DNA from: an uncultured virus (IMG/VR IMGVR_UViG_3300042447_001246) | Lineage: Duplodnaviria; Heunggongvirae; Uroviricota; Caudoviricetes | DNA: 64,000 nucleotides | Reading direction: 5' to 3' (one strand) | IMG/VR virus record: IMGVR_UViG_3300042447_001246 | Part shown: positions 37,201 through 45,254 of the stretch, piece after piece | How the letters are laid out: every line of letters begins with the position of its first letter | How positions within the stretch are numbered: the first letter of the stretch is position 1 | Notes under the pieces: model-generated | Database searches by the model: none | The model's input: the letters and a program-made list of their open reading frames with translations, nothing else | What the model was told of the DNA's origin: nothing | Translations under genes and position numbers: made by a program

Positions 37201-40200
37201 TGAGCCATACGGTCCAACTGGTTCAAGTCCCCAATCGGTTCCAAGTCTTACATCTTCCAGGTCGTCAGAAGTTGGCGCTCCATATATGGCGTCAACCACT
37301 TCTTCCTTGCCATAATCGTTGTATACATCAATTATTTCGTTGTGAGTTACGCCTGTATCAGGGTCAACATAGTCTGGGTGTATTTCAGGATTTTTCTCTA
37401 GTAAGTCGCTAAAAAACTCGTCGTTATCATTGAGTGTTAATTGGTTGTTTCTGTCTCTTTTTGCTTTTCCAGTATTCCAGTCGCTATCCCAGCCACGATT
37501 CCTCCACGCATAGGTGGCTTGAAGGATGCCCTTCTTTTCGTCATTGTCAAGATTTTCCCATGACCGCAATTCTGGAGTTTTATCGGAACGACCAGAAGAA
37601 AGGCGTGAAGAATCAGGCATATACTCATCAGCACCACTCATGCTCTCAATTATCTTGTCGTAATCTTTTTCTGCCCATCTCTTCGCAGCTGAAGGACTGC
37701 TGAATGTTCTATCGACATCTTCATCAAGTGCGTTTTGTCCACCATTTCTGTAGATATCAGAGAAACGGGTTATTGAGTACTTACCCTTGCCCTCGCTATT
37801 GATTCGGTACATGCCGTCAATATCTGGCGCGTCCATCTCAAAACCGTCTTCTGTTTCTGTCCAGTTATTTGTTGGGGTTTTCCCATAAAACACGTAGTCG
37901 TCTATGACGTCTCTGGCACTCTTTGGCTTCTTTTTGCCAGAAGAAAAACCAGGTTTTTCTTTTAGAGTTCCATCAGCATTAGCGAGAAATGTTTCTTTAC
38001 CTTTATTTCTCTTGACTCGGTCGAGACGCCTCTTCTCAATTCCCTCAGGCGAGAAAAGTCTTTCTCGTGCTGCTCTCGCTCTCTCGGTTCGTGCAGCCAT
38101 TTCCTCATTGGAAACCCCTTGAATATCAGCTAATGCTCTTTGACGAGCCCGCTCTTCGGCTCTTTCGGCAGGAGTCAGACCTTCGTCTTCATCATCTTCT
38201 GCATCCTCGTCAATTACGTCATCTTCAATAACGGGTCTTGGTTTATAGTTCCCGTTTTCATCCCACATTAGGAGGGATTCTTTTCCGTCACCCTTCGCTT
38301 TTGCTCTCTCGTAATTGGCAGCGCGACGCAGACGGCGCTCTTCTTCCCTCTCCTCCGGGGTTGGCTTCTTTTTGTCACCAGAAGAAAGCTTGCCTTCTGA
38401 ATTGAGTTTGCGAAGTTCCTGAAGGTCTGGTCCTTTTTCTGTCCCTGAACCACCCTTCTTTTTTTTCTTCTTCAGCTTGTCAACATCCAAAAGACCAATG
38501 TCATTTAGGTACTCGTTGAGGGTGGCGATGTCTTCTTTTGCCCAGTCCTGCGTGTCTGGGTACTTGGACTTAACATCTGCTCTCAGGGCTGATTCAATTC
38601 CGTCCCAGTTATCTGAGTCATCTCTGCTGTGTGCATCAAGATAGGCACTAACTGATTTTGCATAGCTCGAATACCAGTTACTGTATTCATTGGAAGCTTT
38701 TTGCTTCTCGTTAAACTTTTCAGGACGCTTTCTTACAGAGTCGCCATTCCACATAACACGTGCTTGGTTGACTCCGATTTCGCGACCACGGAGATAGTCA
38801 GAACTTAAATTGTTATCTGCGTTGTAGCGTGGAACTTCTTCCCAGCCAAGACCCTGCTCATCCCATGCTTTAGCGATTGCTTCGTGGTCTACGCGCTTCT
38901 GATTTTCTTCAGCATTTGGGAATTGCTTTTCCATGTCGGCAGAACGGTCTGCATGGCGACGCTCATTACGCTTGCCAGAAGAGAGTTTTTCTGTATCAGC
39001 AAGTTCGGCTCGCTGACTCATCTGCCTCTTTGATGGCTTCGGTGAATTGATGGAGCCAGGACCAGAAGGCGTTGGGTCGGGTTGTTCCCATGGCGTGCCG
39101 TCGCCGACCATGCTGTTTAGGTTTGCGTCTTCGACTGTTCTTGGGTCCCAGCCTGGAGGCGGATTTATACCGGAACCACGAGAGCGCCGACCCCTTTTAC
39201 CGCCAAGATTTGGTCGGTCAATTCCTCGGCTTGCAATCGCACGACCGATACGGCGGCCAAGTGCTTTTTCTTCTATTTGCTCAGAAGCTATTTTTTTTTT
39301 TAGAAATTCATAAGCAGAAGATGCAGCTCTAGTTATAGCGTCCTTCGACTCTTCGCTGAGCGGTGAGTTAATCACGATTCCGTACTCGTTGACGGTTGTG
39401 TCAATTCTGTGGTAATCAAGAACTGGGTCAATTACCGACTTGAACTCAAATGCGTCTTCAAGATTTACTGGGATGACGTATGACGAGTCTTGAGCCAAGA
39501 ATGGGTCGAGACCCTTTTCCTCAAGCTCTTGCTCCTCTACGCCCCACTCCTCAAGAGTCTTATAAGAGCGACGCTTTCTACGGCGCTTCTTCACCGTGTT
39601 ACGCAAAACCCCAAGAATGAATTCTCCAGGGTACTTCGCTTCGATGTCCTCAACCATCTTGATTTCTTCGTCATCAAGAATGTCGTTGTATTCCTTCTTG
39701 CCAAATCCGACTACAACACCATCTGGGATGATTGCGAATCTGCACTTGGCTTCATCTTCAACCTTGAAGTCAAGAATCTTGCACTTGCCTTCACCTTGGT
39801 AAAGAACACAGTTTGAGCACTTAACGCCAATGTCTTTTACTTTGTTTTCTGCCGGAGGATAGTATCCAGCCCAAATTCCGTCGCCGTCTTCGTCAAACTT
39901 TCCGTACTTGCGAGCGATACGAACAAGCGATTCGGCAAGCTCGCTCTCTTCTGCACCAAGCTCTGGCTTTTTGTTCTTGTCAGAACCTTCGTACTCAACA
40001 GGCGCCAATGGAACCATGACCATTCCGCCATTAACTGGCTTCATTGCTACAGGCATTGCCATTGCAGGGTTATTTGTCGACGGCTTATTCGGTTTGCCCA
40101 TAATCCCAGGCATTGGCGAAGGGCCAGACTGGACTGGCGGTTTTGCCTGTTCTGCGTGAATTAATTCTGGCTTACCAAACATGTACTCGCTTCCAGTGAA

Positions 40201-40956
40201 GTGGTAACCAATTCTGAATTTTCCTTTTCCTGGCTTCACAAAGACCACAGAGTTCTCAGTCGCTTCAACAACCATGACTGGTCCTGCGGCGCGGCGTGAA
40301 AGTTCGGCAACCACTCCTGCAAGCTGTGGTCCACTTATTCTTTGTGAAACACCTTCGTCAAACAGTCCGTCTCGTCGTGGCTCTGATGATGGAGCGCTTA
40401 TTGACATAGGCATCATCCCGTGCGTCTTCTCTTCATCGCTCTTAACCGAAATTGTTCCGGTTAGCTGATTGGCTCCATGGAGAACGGGTGAAACTTCGTA
40501 GAGTTCAACTTCGTAAAGAACGTTTGCCTGAAGGTTTTCATCGTATTGAGCTCTGAGAGTTTTGTAGCCGATTGACCACTCTTGTTCTTCACCAAAGAAG
40601 GCGACGTTTGCGAATGCTTCTCTGCCTTTTTCTGACTGAAGATTGAATTGAACTTTCGCGTAAAGACCGCCGATTCCAGCCATTTTCATCTTCATTGGAA
40701 GTCTTGGGTCTGATGCTGGAACTTCGTAAATTTCCAGAACTTTACCAATTGGGTCATTCCAGTTGTGGCCCCATACAACACGCGGCTTGCGACGCTGAAG
40801 GCTCTTAGCAAATGCACCAGTAGCGCAGATATCTCCTACAGAGTCCTTGTTTCCAATCCCCGAAACGAAACATTCAACAATGCCCTCTAGTTCATCGAGC
40901 TTGATGAGACCATTGGAGGCCTTGTATTGAATATTTCCGAAGTTAGAGTTTGGCAT
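31237..40956 (-). CDS. prohead (capsid maturation) protease, HK97 family, fused to a ~3000-aa modular cargo polyprotein including ArdC
   Basis: N-terminal GIVECFVS.GNKDSVGD...GAF...VVWGHNW.DPIG...WSIGY...LYEVSPV.GAN protease motifs; ArdC (PW, N..RPYSGIN, VRKGEKG, VFNLDQ, AFY.PSTD, HELMHWTG, YAQEELIAE); RBS AAGGAG. Confidence 0.9.
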   Translation of the reverse strand: MPNSNFGNIQYKASNGLIKLDELEGIVECFVSGIGNKDSVGDICATGAFAKSLQRRKPRVVWGHNWNDPIGKVLEIYEVPASDPRLPMKMKMAGIGGLYAKVQFNLQSEKGREAFANVAFFGEEQEWSIGYKTLRAQYDENLQANVLYEVELYEVSPVLHGANQLTGTISVKSDEEKTHGMMPMSISAPSSEPRRDGLFDEGVSQRISGPQLAGVVAELSRRAAGPVMVVEATENSVVFVKPGKGKFRIGYHFTGSEYMFGKPELIHAEQAKPPVQSGPSPMPGIMGKPNKPSTNNPAMAMPVAMKPVNGGMVMVPLAPVEYEGSDKNKKPELGAEESELAESLVRIARKYGKFDEDGDGIWAGYYPPAENKVKDIGVKCSNCVLYQGEGKCKILDFKVEDEAKCRFAIIPDGVVVGFGKKEYNDILDDEEIKMVEDIEAKYPGEFILGVLRNTVKKRRRKRRSYKTLEEWGVEEQELEEKGLDPFLAQDSSYVIPVNLEDAFEFKSVIDPVLDYHRIDTTVNEYGIVINSPLSEESKDAITRAASSAYEFLKKKIASEQIEEKALGRRIGRAIASRGIDRPNLGGKRGRRSRGSGINPPPGWDPRTVEDANLNSMVGDGTPWEQPDPTPSGPGSINSPKPSKRQMSQRAELADTEKLSSGKRNERRHADRSADMEKQFPNAEENQKRVDHEAIAKAWDEQGLGWEEVPRYNADNNLSSDYLRGREIGVNQARVMWNGDSVRKRPEKFNEKQKASNEYSNWYSSYAKSVSAYLDAHSRDDSDNWDGIESALRADVKSKYPDTQDWAKEDIATLNEYLNDIGLLDVDKLKKKKKKGGSGTEKGPDLQELRKLNSEGKLSSGDKKKPTPEEREEERRLRRAANYERAKAKGDGKESLLMWDENGNYKPRPVIEDDVIDEDAEDDEDEGLTPAERAEERARQRALADIQGVSNEEMAARTERARAARERLFSPEGIEKRRLDRVKRNKGKETFLANADGTLKEKPGFSSGKKKPKSARDVIDDYVFYGKTPTNNWTETEDGFEMDAPDIDGMYRINSEGKGKYSITRFSDIYRNGGQNALDEDVDRTFSSPSAAKRWAEKDYDKIIESMSGADEYMPDSSRLSSGRSDKTPELRSWENLDNDEKKGILQATYAWRNRGWDSDWNTGKAKRDRNNQLTLNDNDEFFSDLLEKNPEIHPDYVDPDTGVTHNEIIDVYNDYGKEEVVDAIYGAPTSDDLEDVRLGTDWGLEPVGPYGSEPDVVPSEQDVIDQYYEDMTGNISIDDIKKFIAGEKNQDTDGSRLSSRRKEVLDEAMSRDSKPALFDEYGGDMDASFPTGRWDDSGPYADEFVVDLDTISSANGRDFIGNTVTLNDGRRGVIVNGSDFEIELVEGEYSSRRDTPRPYAGSIDIVITHDENGKQLDTPEYINDGYGIDFDTDNGTGFLIADEDIWSKPNNKENEGFTLIQIDDNKVDEDVVYDLADEKFKAFQPIRDAARAEKILRSLELGLSDNYKSKLRRELGQIRQRQFADKNRQGLSSGRRTRTGFERYEDPEEAVRKDQLWELGEIGHTGMEAERILDHWMDTDGETRDEYINEYGAGGERFAQDVAYAASQMYQDYLETQYDNRQARNLSSGKRKNQEELGVSDREIFERRMGGESLMDTASALGMTREDVRQAEMRHMARERGTLQRPDFDEVESYREDQARMAAEEASELALNESIYDRRMGGESLDQTAKALGLSRETVRRREQKHMKLLRDRDKEAKSWVEKQRGDTLGSGSKKYVSPLEGMEPGQRLSSGKLDEVYRSVQEKLIEQIQKAETEGGKWEFPWHRDASLPRNAMNNNRPYSGINSLMLMFQKDAMNYETGLWAGFNQWKEKGGTVRKGEKGTMIIIPTIIPAKKDADGNEIKPGSIFFKTGYVFNLDQIDGIDKEQFKMPQLSEEERAAELEQALSEIGAVVNHGGDRAFYRPSTDEITLPPFSSFKSKEAYYAVFAHELMHWTGGKSRLNRDHMGDFGSPEYAQEELIAEIASAFFMTAHGLTPEPREDHAQYLASWLKKLKSDPDALKNAFEQAQKAHDYAISLSPSMSKKLGRKVAEAGVIPGNRDATYDGAPAALSSGRRSKYVLNPEGTVRTLADEMGAFGDEVLTEFDMRRGYRDGDRSWFEASAFLGGRSRPSQWNVSQDESGEWFAELMVMDGVGEDDEIDWDIAGVGSEGFKSPEDAARWADSYENSRIEWQRKFKAETDIEKIAEMLKEEEARRDAEYENYKRASRERADRQEYVRMMAQIDESRLDWSAEDWADEASDIQAELMKENSRLSSGVRSRYDETPAEEIGLVTDALKRTDEAGSNSRHIAANLPAVPVEKYDFDSIRRNGEVISFTYNGKPRMVYPTGMMTKKGGGIYFIGLDEESGQYRSFSLHKIEGLIDGAVAPINPTQPGVPQGTSFSSGRRTRSLVSSRIPGGGRLSSGRSPEDIKSEFEKSGQFNNPVTQDALDGKIGFLPNGGRGRIALEDHKKAIDAIDDLVATRDEYIRAALDGKKITKQSTPSIDDLTGQISDDDMEFIDRLDSAIYDIESQLEDHVENLALLNQQTDDLREKIGLLENSYRNSWRDGGKVDFESAMQKHIDDADGDAADAVDSMRFDAQEIQGVLEDIEAIDDSFIRSSLQSQINEIEDLVDSINNTTKPEDFAAKLSDMYYGAINRLERELSDLFGIGESFEESGVSLNRESKGGLPEDIFSPSNLSNFDMVEGDVADFLEPGDAPGLSSGRNRRTQGSKRRPMSDADRQAFADGVRQRAATIPGKKRPGPSKDEFGTEKFSSGRLRMPGELQRNKVGRELAADVKIKFGKTSENNDRSPDGKWMLDARKLQQILKDENGKPLSKEQIADYLGISEIEAEKMFKEGAGISEADAYALIDRAFSDSSNPFQTSDIIDGIWGFGAKPYWYDKDGNQLTREQYDDFLDEGIYMAGLMSPADMVETEQTVAQEISKGGFSVSALSDSLGVESDAELSEALTFEVDGVTFTPTPIQLKKWKQEGVPTGIVEQLVNQGIIPSAGEVFGEDGTKFDNSIPQFSLWRNVVDAVERSGKKVKWDDIDEVLGAAKIISRLKTFEQGKQPKFSPRVGKALRYSDEEVQEIVDRLNKKYDLSETVDSVKGGGSMSSGRRAARRITNSGQEAVTKLSSGRENNGAPENITPRMQKEIMGWAENAKWSGFAQSLVSQFKAKGFLSPTQWTKLLQLHDNSQRRR

Positions 40957-41075
40957 AGCGCTCCTTGGTTCTAAACGATATTAGAGGAACAATGAGCGCG
41001 CTCACAGCAAGTATTGATACAAAATCAAATAGTTTCAGTAAATGAATTGTAAATCTGTTGTTTTACTGAAAGTCC

Positions 41076-43148
41076 CTAAATGAACTGCCCGAACTTCCAT
41101 GCTCTTCGCGATTCGTCCTCGGCAATTTCAAATCTTTGCTTAGCCATGAGATTTGCGTACATGCTTACAACAGCACCACGGAAGGAAGCAGCTCTTTCTT
41201 CCTCGCCCATCACGGATAGCGAGTTGAACATCATCGAAGATATTTGATTGAAGTTGTCAAGATTCATACTCTTGATGCGTGACATCTGTGAATCAATCTG
41301 GGCATTGAGGTCCGACTGATTTATGCTCTTTTCAGACTTCTGACCGTATCCATCATTGTACGTATTAAACGCATCCTGAATGATTGCCGATATAACAGGC
41401 CTTATGTCCTCGTCCATTTGCTTGTCCCAAACCTCGGGGGAGAGTATTGAGTCAATTTCTAGAGTTCCAGCAAACAGCGACTTCTTTGCCTTCGAACCGC
41501 TTGCCTTCTCAAGCACAACTCTTTGCTGTCTCTCGATAACTCGCTCAATGCTTCTGTTGAGAATCTCGTTCCATCTCGTTAGCGATTCTGCGCTTTTTGC
41601 CTGCAACTCGCTCTCGATTGACTTGTACATCATTCCGCCTGTTGGAACAGATGCGGCTCCGCCTGGAACAGGCTCTGCGGTTGTCGCAACAGCAGCAAGT
41701 GCCTCTGGCGGAATCGTGCTTTGGGCTAGCTGGTCTGGAGCCGGAGCGACTGGTGCTTCAACTTGAGCCAATGCACCTTGCATTGTATTTGGGTCAAGTG
41801 GTGGCTGTCCTTCTGCGCCAGGGATTGGGGCTTCTGGCATTGGTGCTCCAGGGACTGGCGCGCCAGGGACGCCAGGTGCGCCACCCATCTCTGCTGACGG
41901 AGCGGTTTCCATCTTCTTTTTTGTGTTCGCGATTGGAATCAAGTTTGGATTCATCAATAACGAGTCGGCAAGGTCGGCTTCAACTTCTTTTCTTCCTGAG
42001 CCTGTTCTGTACTCATTGTTGCTGATGAGGCCAGTTTGGAACTCCTGCATCAGATATCTTTCACGCTCTTGCTTGTAGAGCTGAAGGATTGGGACTTCAC
42101 TTGTATCGAAGTCAACGTAGTACTCGTCATCAAGTTCATCCAATGAGCGAGCAAGTGGCTCAAGGTGCGGGAGCATTGTTTCCATCCAGAACACACGAAT
42201 TTCTTCGCTTGCATTGCTGAAGGTTCTTCCCGCAGCGTTTCCGATTACTGACTCTGGAACACCAAATGATGCAAGGATTTCTTCCTTTGTAATCTGTCGC
42301 ATCTGAGCGTACGCAACGTCTCTTGGCGACGCAGAAGTGTCCACATAGTCAACGCCATCGTCGGCAGAGATAACCGTCGTATGACCCGCTCTTCCGATGT
42401 TCCCACGGAATCTGCTCTTTAATTCTTCCTTGTCATCGTCTTCGATTTCTCCACGCAAAACGAGCAGACCACCAGGTCTACCGTCGTTGAGCAGATAGTT
42501 TCTGTTGTACAGCTTTGCAAGATTTTCAATTTCAATTGCAACACCAGCCGACTCAAGAGGCGTAAGTGACAAATATGGGTCAAGAGGGTGAGGTCTTCTA
42601 ATCCAGCAAACATCCTCTGGTTTCATTGTGATTTTTTGACCGTAAGGCATTTGTACTTCGTACCCAGAAACAAACTTCTTTGCATCTGGAATTGGCGCTG
42701 TTGATTGAGGAGGCAAAAGGTTAAGACCAATTATTCTTCCGTCTCTACCACGAACTTTTTCAATGAAAACACCGCGTGTACCCAGCAAGAGTTGAGCGGA
42801 CATTCTGTATCGGAAAATAAATGAGTTTTCACCAACGTTTGATTTAGTGTTTAGGACTTCAAGCAAAGAGTTGTTTTTTGCTCTGTTTCCAATAAGCACC
42901 TCTCCGTCTGGAGAATTGTCTTTACGAAGAATGATTGGGAGTCGTGCTTGGTTCCCAGCGATTGCATCGATGCATCTTGCAACCCAGGTAACCTTCTGCA
43001 TGCCTTCGCGGTATGCGCGCTCAACATCCCATGAGTCTCTATAAGGTCGTCCTGCATAACTTGGGTTCTGCGCTATGGGCGCACCAGGTCCAAGCTCCTT
43101 GGATTGTGCGTTTGCGAGCGATTTATTGCTCGATTGATTCCATGCCAT
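41076..43148 (-). CDS. portal protein, HK97 family, with Pro-rich linker and MuF-like C-terminal extension
   Basis: VARCIDAIA..ARLP, LSPL-like LTPLE, NDGRPGGLL, EILASFGVP..G, TFSNASE, NEYR. Confidence 0.92.
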   Translation of the reverse strand: MAWNQSSNKSLANAQSKELGPGAPIAQNPSYAGRPYRDSWDVERAYREGMQKVTWVARCIDAIAGNQARLPIILRKDNSPDGEVLIGNRAKNNSLLEVLNTKSNVGENSFIFRYRMSAQLLLGTRGVFIEKVRGRDGRIIGLNLLPPQSTAPIPDAKKFVSGYEVQMPYGQKITMKPEDVCWIRRPHPLDPYLSLTPLESAGVAIEIENLAKLYNRNYLLNDGRPGGLLVLRGEIEDDDKEELKSRFRGNIGRAGHTTVISADDGVDYVDTSASPRDVAYAQMRQITKEEILASFGVPESVIGNAAGRTFSNASEEIRVFWMETMLPHLEPLARSLDELDDEYYVDFDTSEVPILQLYKQERERYLMQEFQTGLISNNEYRTGSGRKEVEADLADSLLMNPNLIPIANTKKKMETAPSAEMGGAPGVPGAPVPGAPMPEAPIPGAEGQPPLDPNTMQGALAQVEAPVAPAPDQLAQSTIPPEALAAVATTAEPVPGGAASVPTGGMMYKSIESELQAKSAESLTRWNEILNRSIERVIERQQRVVLEKASGSKAKKSLFAGTLEIDSILSPEVWDKQMDEDIRPVISAIIQDAFNTYNDGYGQKSEKSINQSDLNAQIDSQMSRIKSMNLDNFNQISSMMFNSLSVMGEEERAASFRGAVVSMYANLMAKQRFEIAEDESRRAWKFGQFI

Positions 43149-43150
43149 AT

Positions 43151-43351
43151 TTACTCAAGACCTAATAGGAAGCCGAAAAAACCACACGTTATGCCTGCCA
43201 CTATCAGCCCGGCAGGTAGAAAAATCATTGCCGCACCAATACTGGTAAACAGTATAAATGAAATCATGAGCAAGTTGGCGAAGGTAGCCCGTTTAAATAA
43301 AGATTTGACGCGCGATGGCAAGGATTTAATCCTGAGCAGTAATTTTGACAT
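43151..43351 (-). CDS. small membrane protein upstream of portal (66 aa)
   Basis: Two hydrophobic helices ending ...GLIVAGITCGFFGFLLGLE; ATG 43351, 7 nt after TACTGT. Confidence 0.7.
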   Translation of the reverse strand: MSKLLLRIKSLPSRVKSLFKRATFANLLMISFILFTSIGAAMIFLPAGLIVAGITCGFFGFLLGLE

Positions 43352-43404
43352 ATCACCTACAGTAGCGCATTCCGTGCTTAACTGTATCAAGAGGCAAATT
43401 AAAT

Positions 43405-44712
43405 ATGACAACAAATTGGAATCAGGTTCTGGAGTATCTTCAACCAAAGATGCCACCCTTCTGCCCTGAAGAGCCGTCAATAAATCAGAAAGTTTTTTTG
43501 CGAACAAACTCTATTGAGGCATTGTTTGGGGGAGCGGCAGGCGGTGGAAAGTCTTCTGCGCTACTCATGTCTGCCTTGCAGTACGTGGATGTTCCCAACT
43601 ATTCCGCAATTCTCTTTCGTCGAACTTTTGCCGACTTGTCACTTCCTGGAGCGTTGATGGACCGCTTTAAGTCGTGGGTTGCTCTTTACGATGACATCCA
43701 CTGGAACAACAACAGTTTCCAAGCGACATTCCCGTCTGGGGCGAGAGTCTCATTCGGTTATCTGAATAACACCGGCGACTACCTTCGCTATAAAGGTTCG
43801 GAATTCCAATTTATTGGCATGGACGAAGTAACAGAAATCCGTGAAAGTGACTACAGATATATGTTCTCCCGTCTACGCCGTCCAGCATCTGGACCCCTTT
43901 CCTCGGTTCCCCTTCGGATGCGTTCAGCCTCAAACCCTGCACCCAATTGGGTTAGGCAGCGTTTTATCGTTGAAGGTAAAAGCGAGGGCAGAATCTTCGT
44001 TCCGTCAAAACTAACGGATAACCCAGGAATTGACGCTGTTTCATACCGCCAAGCCCTTCAGGCTCTTGACCCAATTGAAAGACGCAGACTGGAAGAAGGA
44101 GACTGGTGGAGCACGACTCTGGGCACCCTATTTGACAGGACCTCAATAGTCATTATTGACGATAGCGAAATCCCTCAAATAACCTCATCGGCCAGAGTGG
44201 TCAGATTTTGGGACCTTGCGGCCACCGAGCCAAACCACTCCAACCCCAACCCGGACTGGACGGTAGGAACGCTCATGCTTTTCGACCAAGGAATTGCCTA
44301 TGTTTTGGATGTGAAAAAGGCTCGGGTAAGAGGGGAAAAGGTCGAAGAGCTAATAGCCAGAACGGCCTACGAAGACGGAAAGGCTGTCCCGATTCGGATG
44401 GAACAAGAACCAGGCTCATCTGGAAAGGCCCTTATGGACCAGTACGCTAGATACGTCGTTCCTGGGTATGATTTTGCGGCAATCCGCTCAACTGGCGACA
44501 AGGTCACAAGGGCTAGACCTTTTGCTGCAGCATCCGCTAACGGGAACGTTCGGGTGGTCCGCGGAACATGGCTGTCAGACTGGCTTGACGAATTCTCCTC
44601 ATTCCCGGAAGCCTGCGACCATGACGACCAGGTTGACTCTGCGGTTGGGGCATTTACACATTTAACAGGGCTCGGGTTGCCACAGCGAGGAAGAATCGCT
44701 ATAGTCGTGTGA
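43405..44712 (+). CDS. terL: terminase large subunit
   Basis: Walker A GGAAGGGKS, Walker B IGMDEV, ASNP coupling motif, nuclease RFWDLAAT...HDDQVDS. Confidence 0.95.
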   Translation: MTTNWNQVLEYLQPKMPPFCPEEPSINQKVFLRTNSIEALFGGAAGGGKSSALLMSALQYVDVPNYSAILFRRTFADLSLPGALMDRFKSWVALYDDIHWNNNSFQATFPSGARVSFGYLNNTGDYLRYKGSEFQFIGMDEVTEIRESDYRYMFSRLRRPASGPLSSVPLRMRSASNPAPNWVRQRFIVEGKSEGRIFVPSKLTDNPGIDAVSYRQALQALDPIERRRLEEGDWWSTTLGTLFDRTSIVIIDDSEIPQITSSARVVRFWDLAATEPNHSNPNPDWTVGTLMLFDQGIAYVLDVKKARVRGEKVEELIARTAYEDGKAVPIRMEQEPGSSGKALMDQYARYVVPGYDFAAIRSTGDKVTRARPFAAASANGNVRVVRGTWLSDWLDEFSSFPEACDHDDQVDSAVGAFTHLTGLGLPQRGRIAIVV

Positions 44713-44747
44713 GTTAACTATCCAAACCTAATAAGGACACTACTAAC

Positions 44748-45254
44748 ATGACACCAGAAAGAATACTTGAAGTTCGTCGATATCTGCTTGCCCTCGGTCA
44801 AGAGCTTGATGAATACATCAACTCAAACCCAGAGACGCAAGACGCTTGCGACATTCTCTACGAAATGAACATGGTCAAACGGGATATCTCAACAGTTTAC
44901 GACTCGTTTTCAGTATCCGTGGGGCAACTAATCGCTGACGGGAAAAACATCCAGCTAAATAACGGCGGTGTGATTGAAAAGAAAAGCTCTTATGAGCGCC
45001 GTGCATGGCAACACAAAGACCTTGCAAGTGTTGTTGCTCAGAAACTTGTAAGAATGTCTGTCGACATTGATACTGGGGAAATAATCAAATCCCCTGAAGA
45101 GATTGCAATGCAGGTTCTTGACTACGTTCAACCTTCATACTGGAGAGTAAAAGAACTTTCCAGCCTCGGAATCAACGTAGATAACTACTGTGAAACAGGT
45201 GTACTAAAAACAAGCATTATCGTCAGAAAGGGCGACGCAAATGACAAGCAATAA
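44748..45254 (+). CDS. hypothetical protein (168 aa)
   Basis: RBS AAGGA; coupled to the downstream recombination gene. Confidence 0.75.
   Translation: MTPERILEVRRYLLALGQELDEYINSNPETQDACDILYEMNMVKRDISTVYDSFSVSVGQLIADGKNIQLNNGGVIEKKSSYERRAWQHKDLASVVAQKLVRMSVDIDTGEIIKSPEEIAMQVLDYVQPSYWRVKELSSLGINVDNYCETGVLKTSIIVRKGDANDKQ

Noticed and set aside
31429..38985. SSG motifs as DNA-level recombination sites (integron- or shufflon-like cassettes)
   Set aside because: Codons differ widely among copies, including TCN versus AGY serines; no shared flanking nucleotide repeat and no site-specific recombinase in the window
21736..40956. Numerous 60-190 aa ORFs nested in or antisense to the two giant genes
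   Set aside because: No recognisable motifs or RBS; expected shadows of long ORFs
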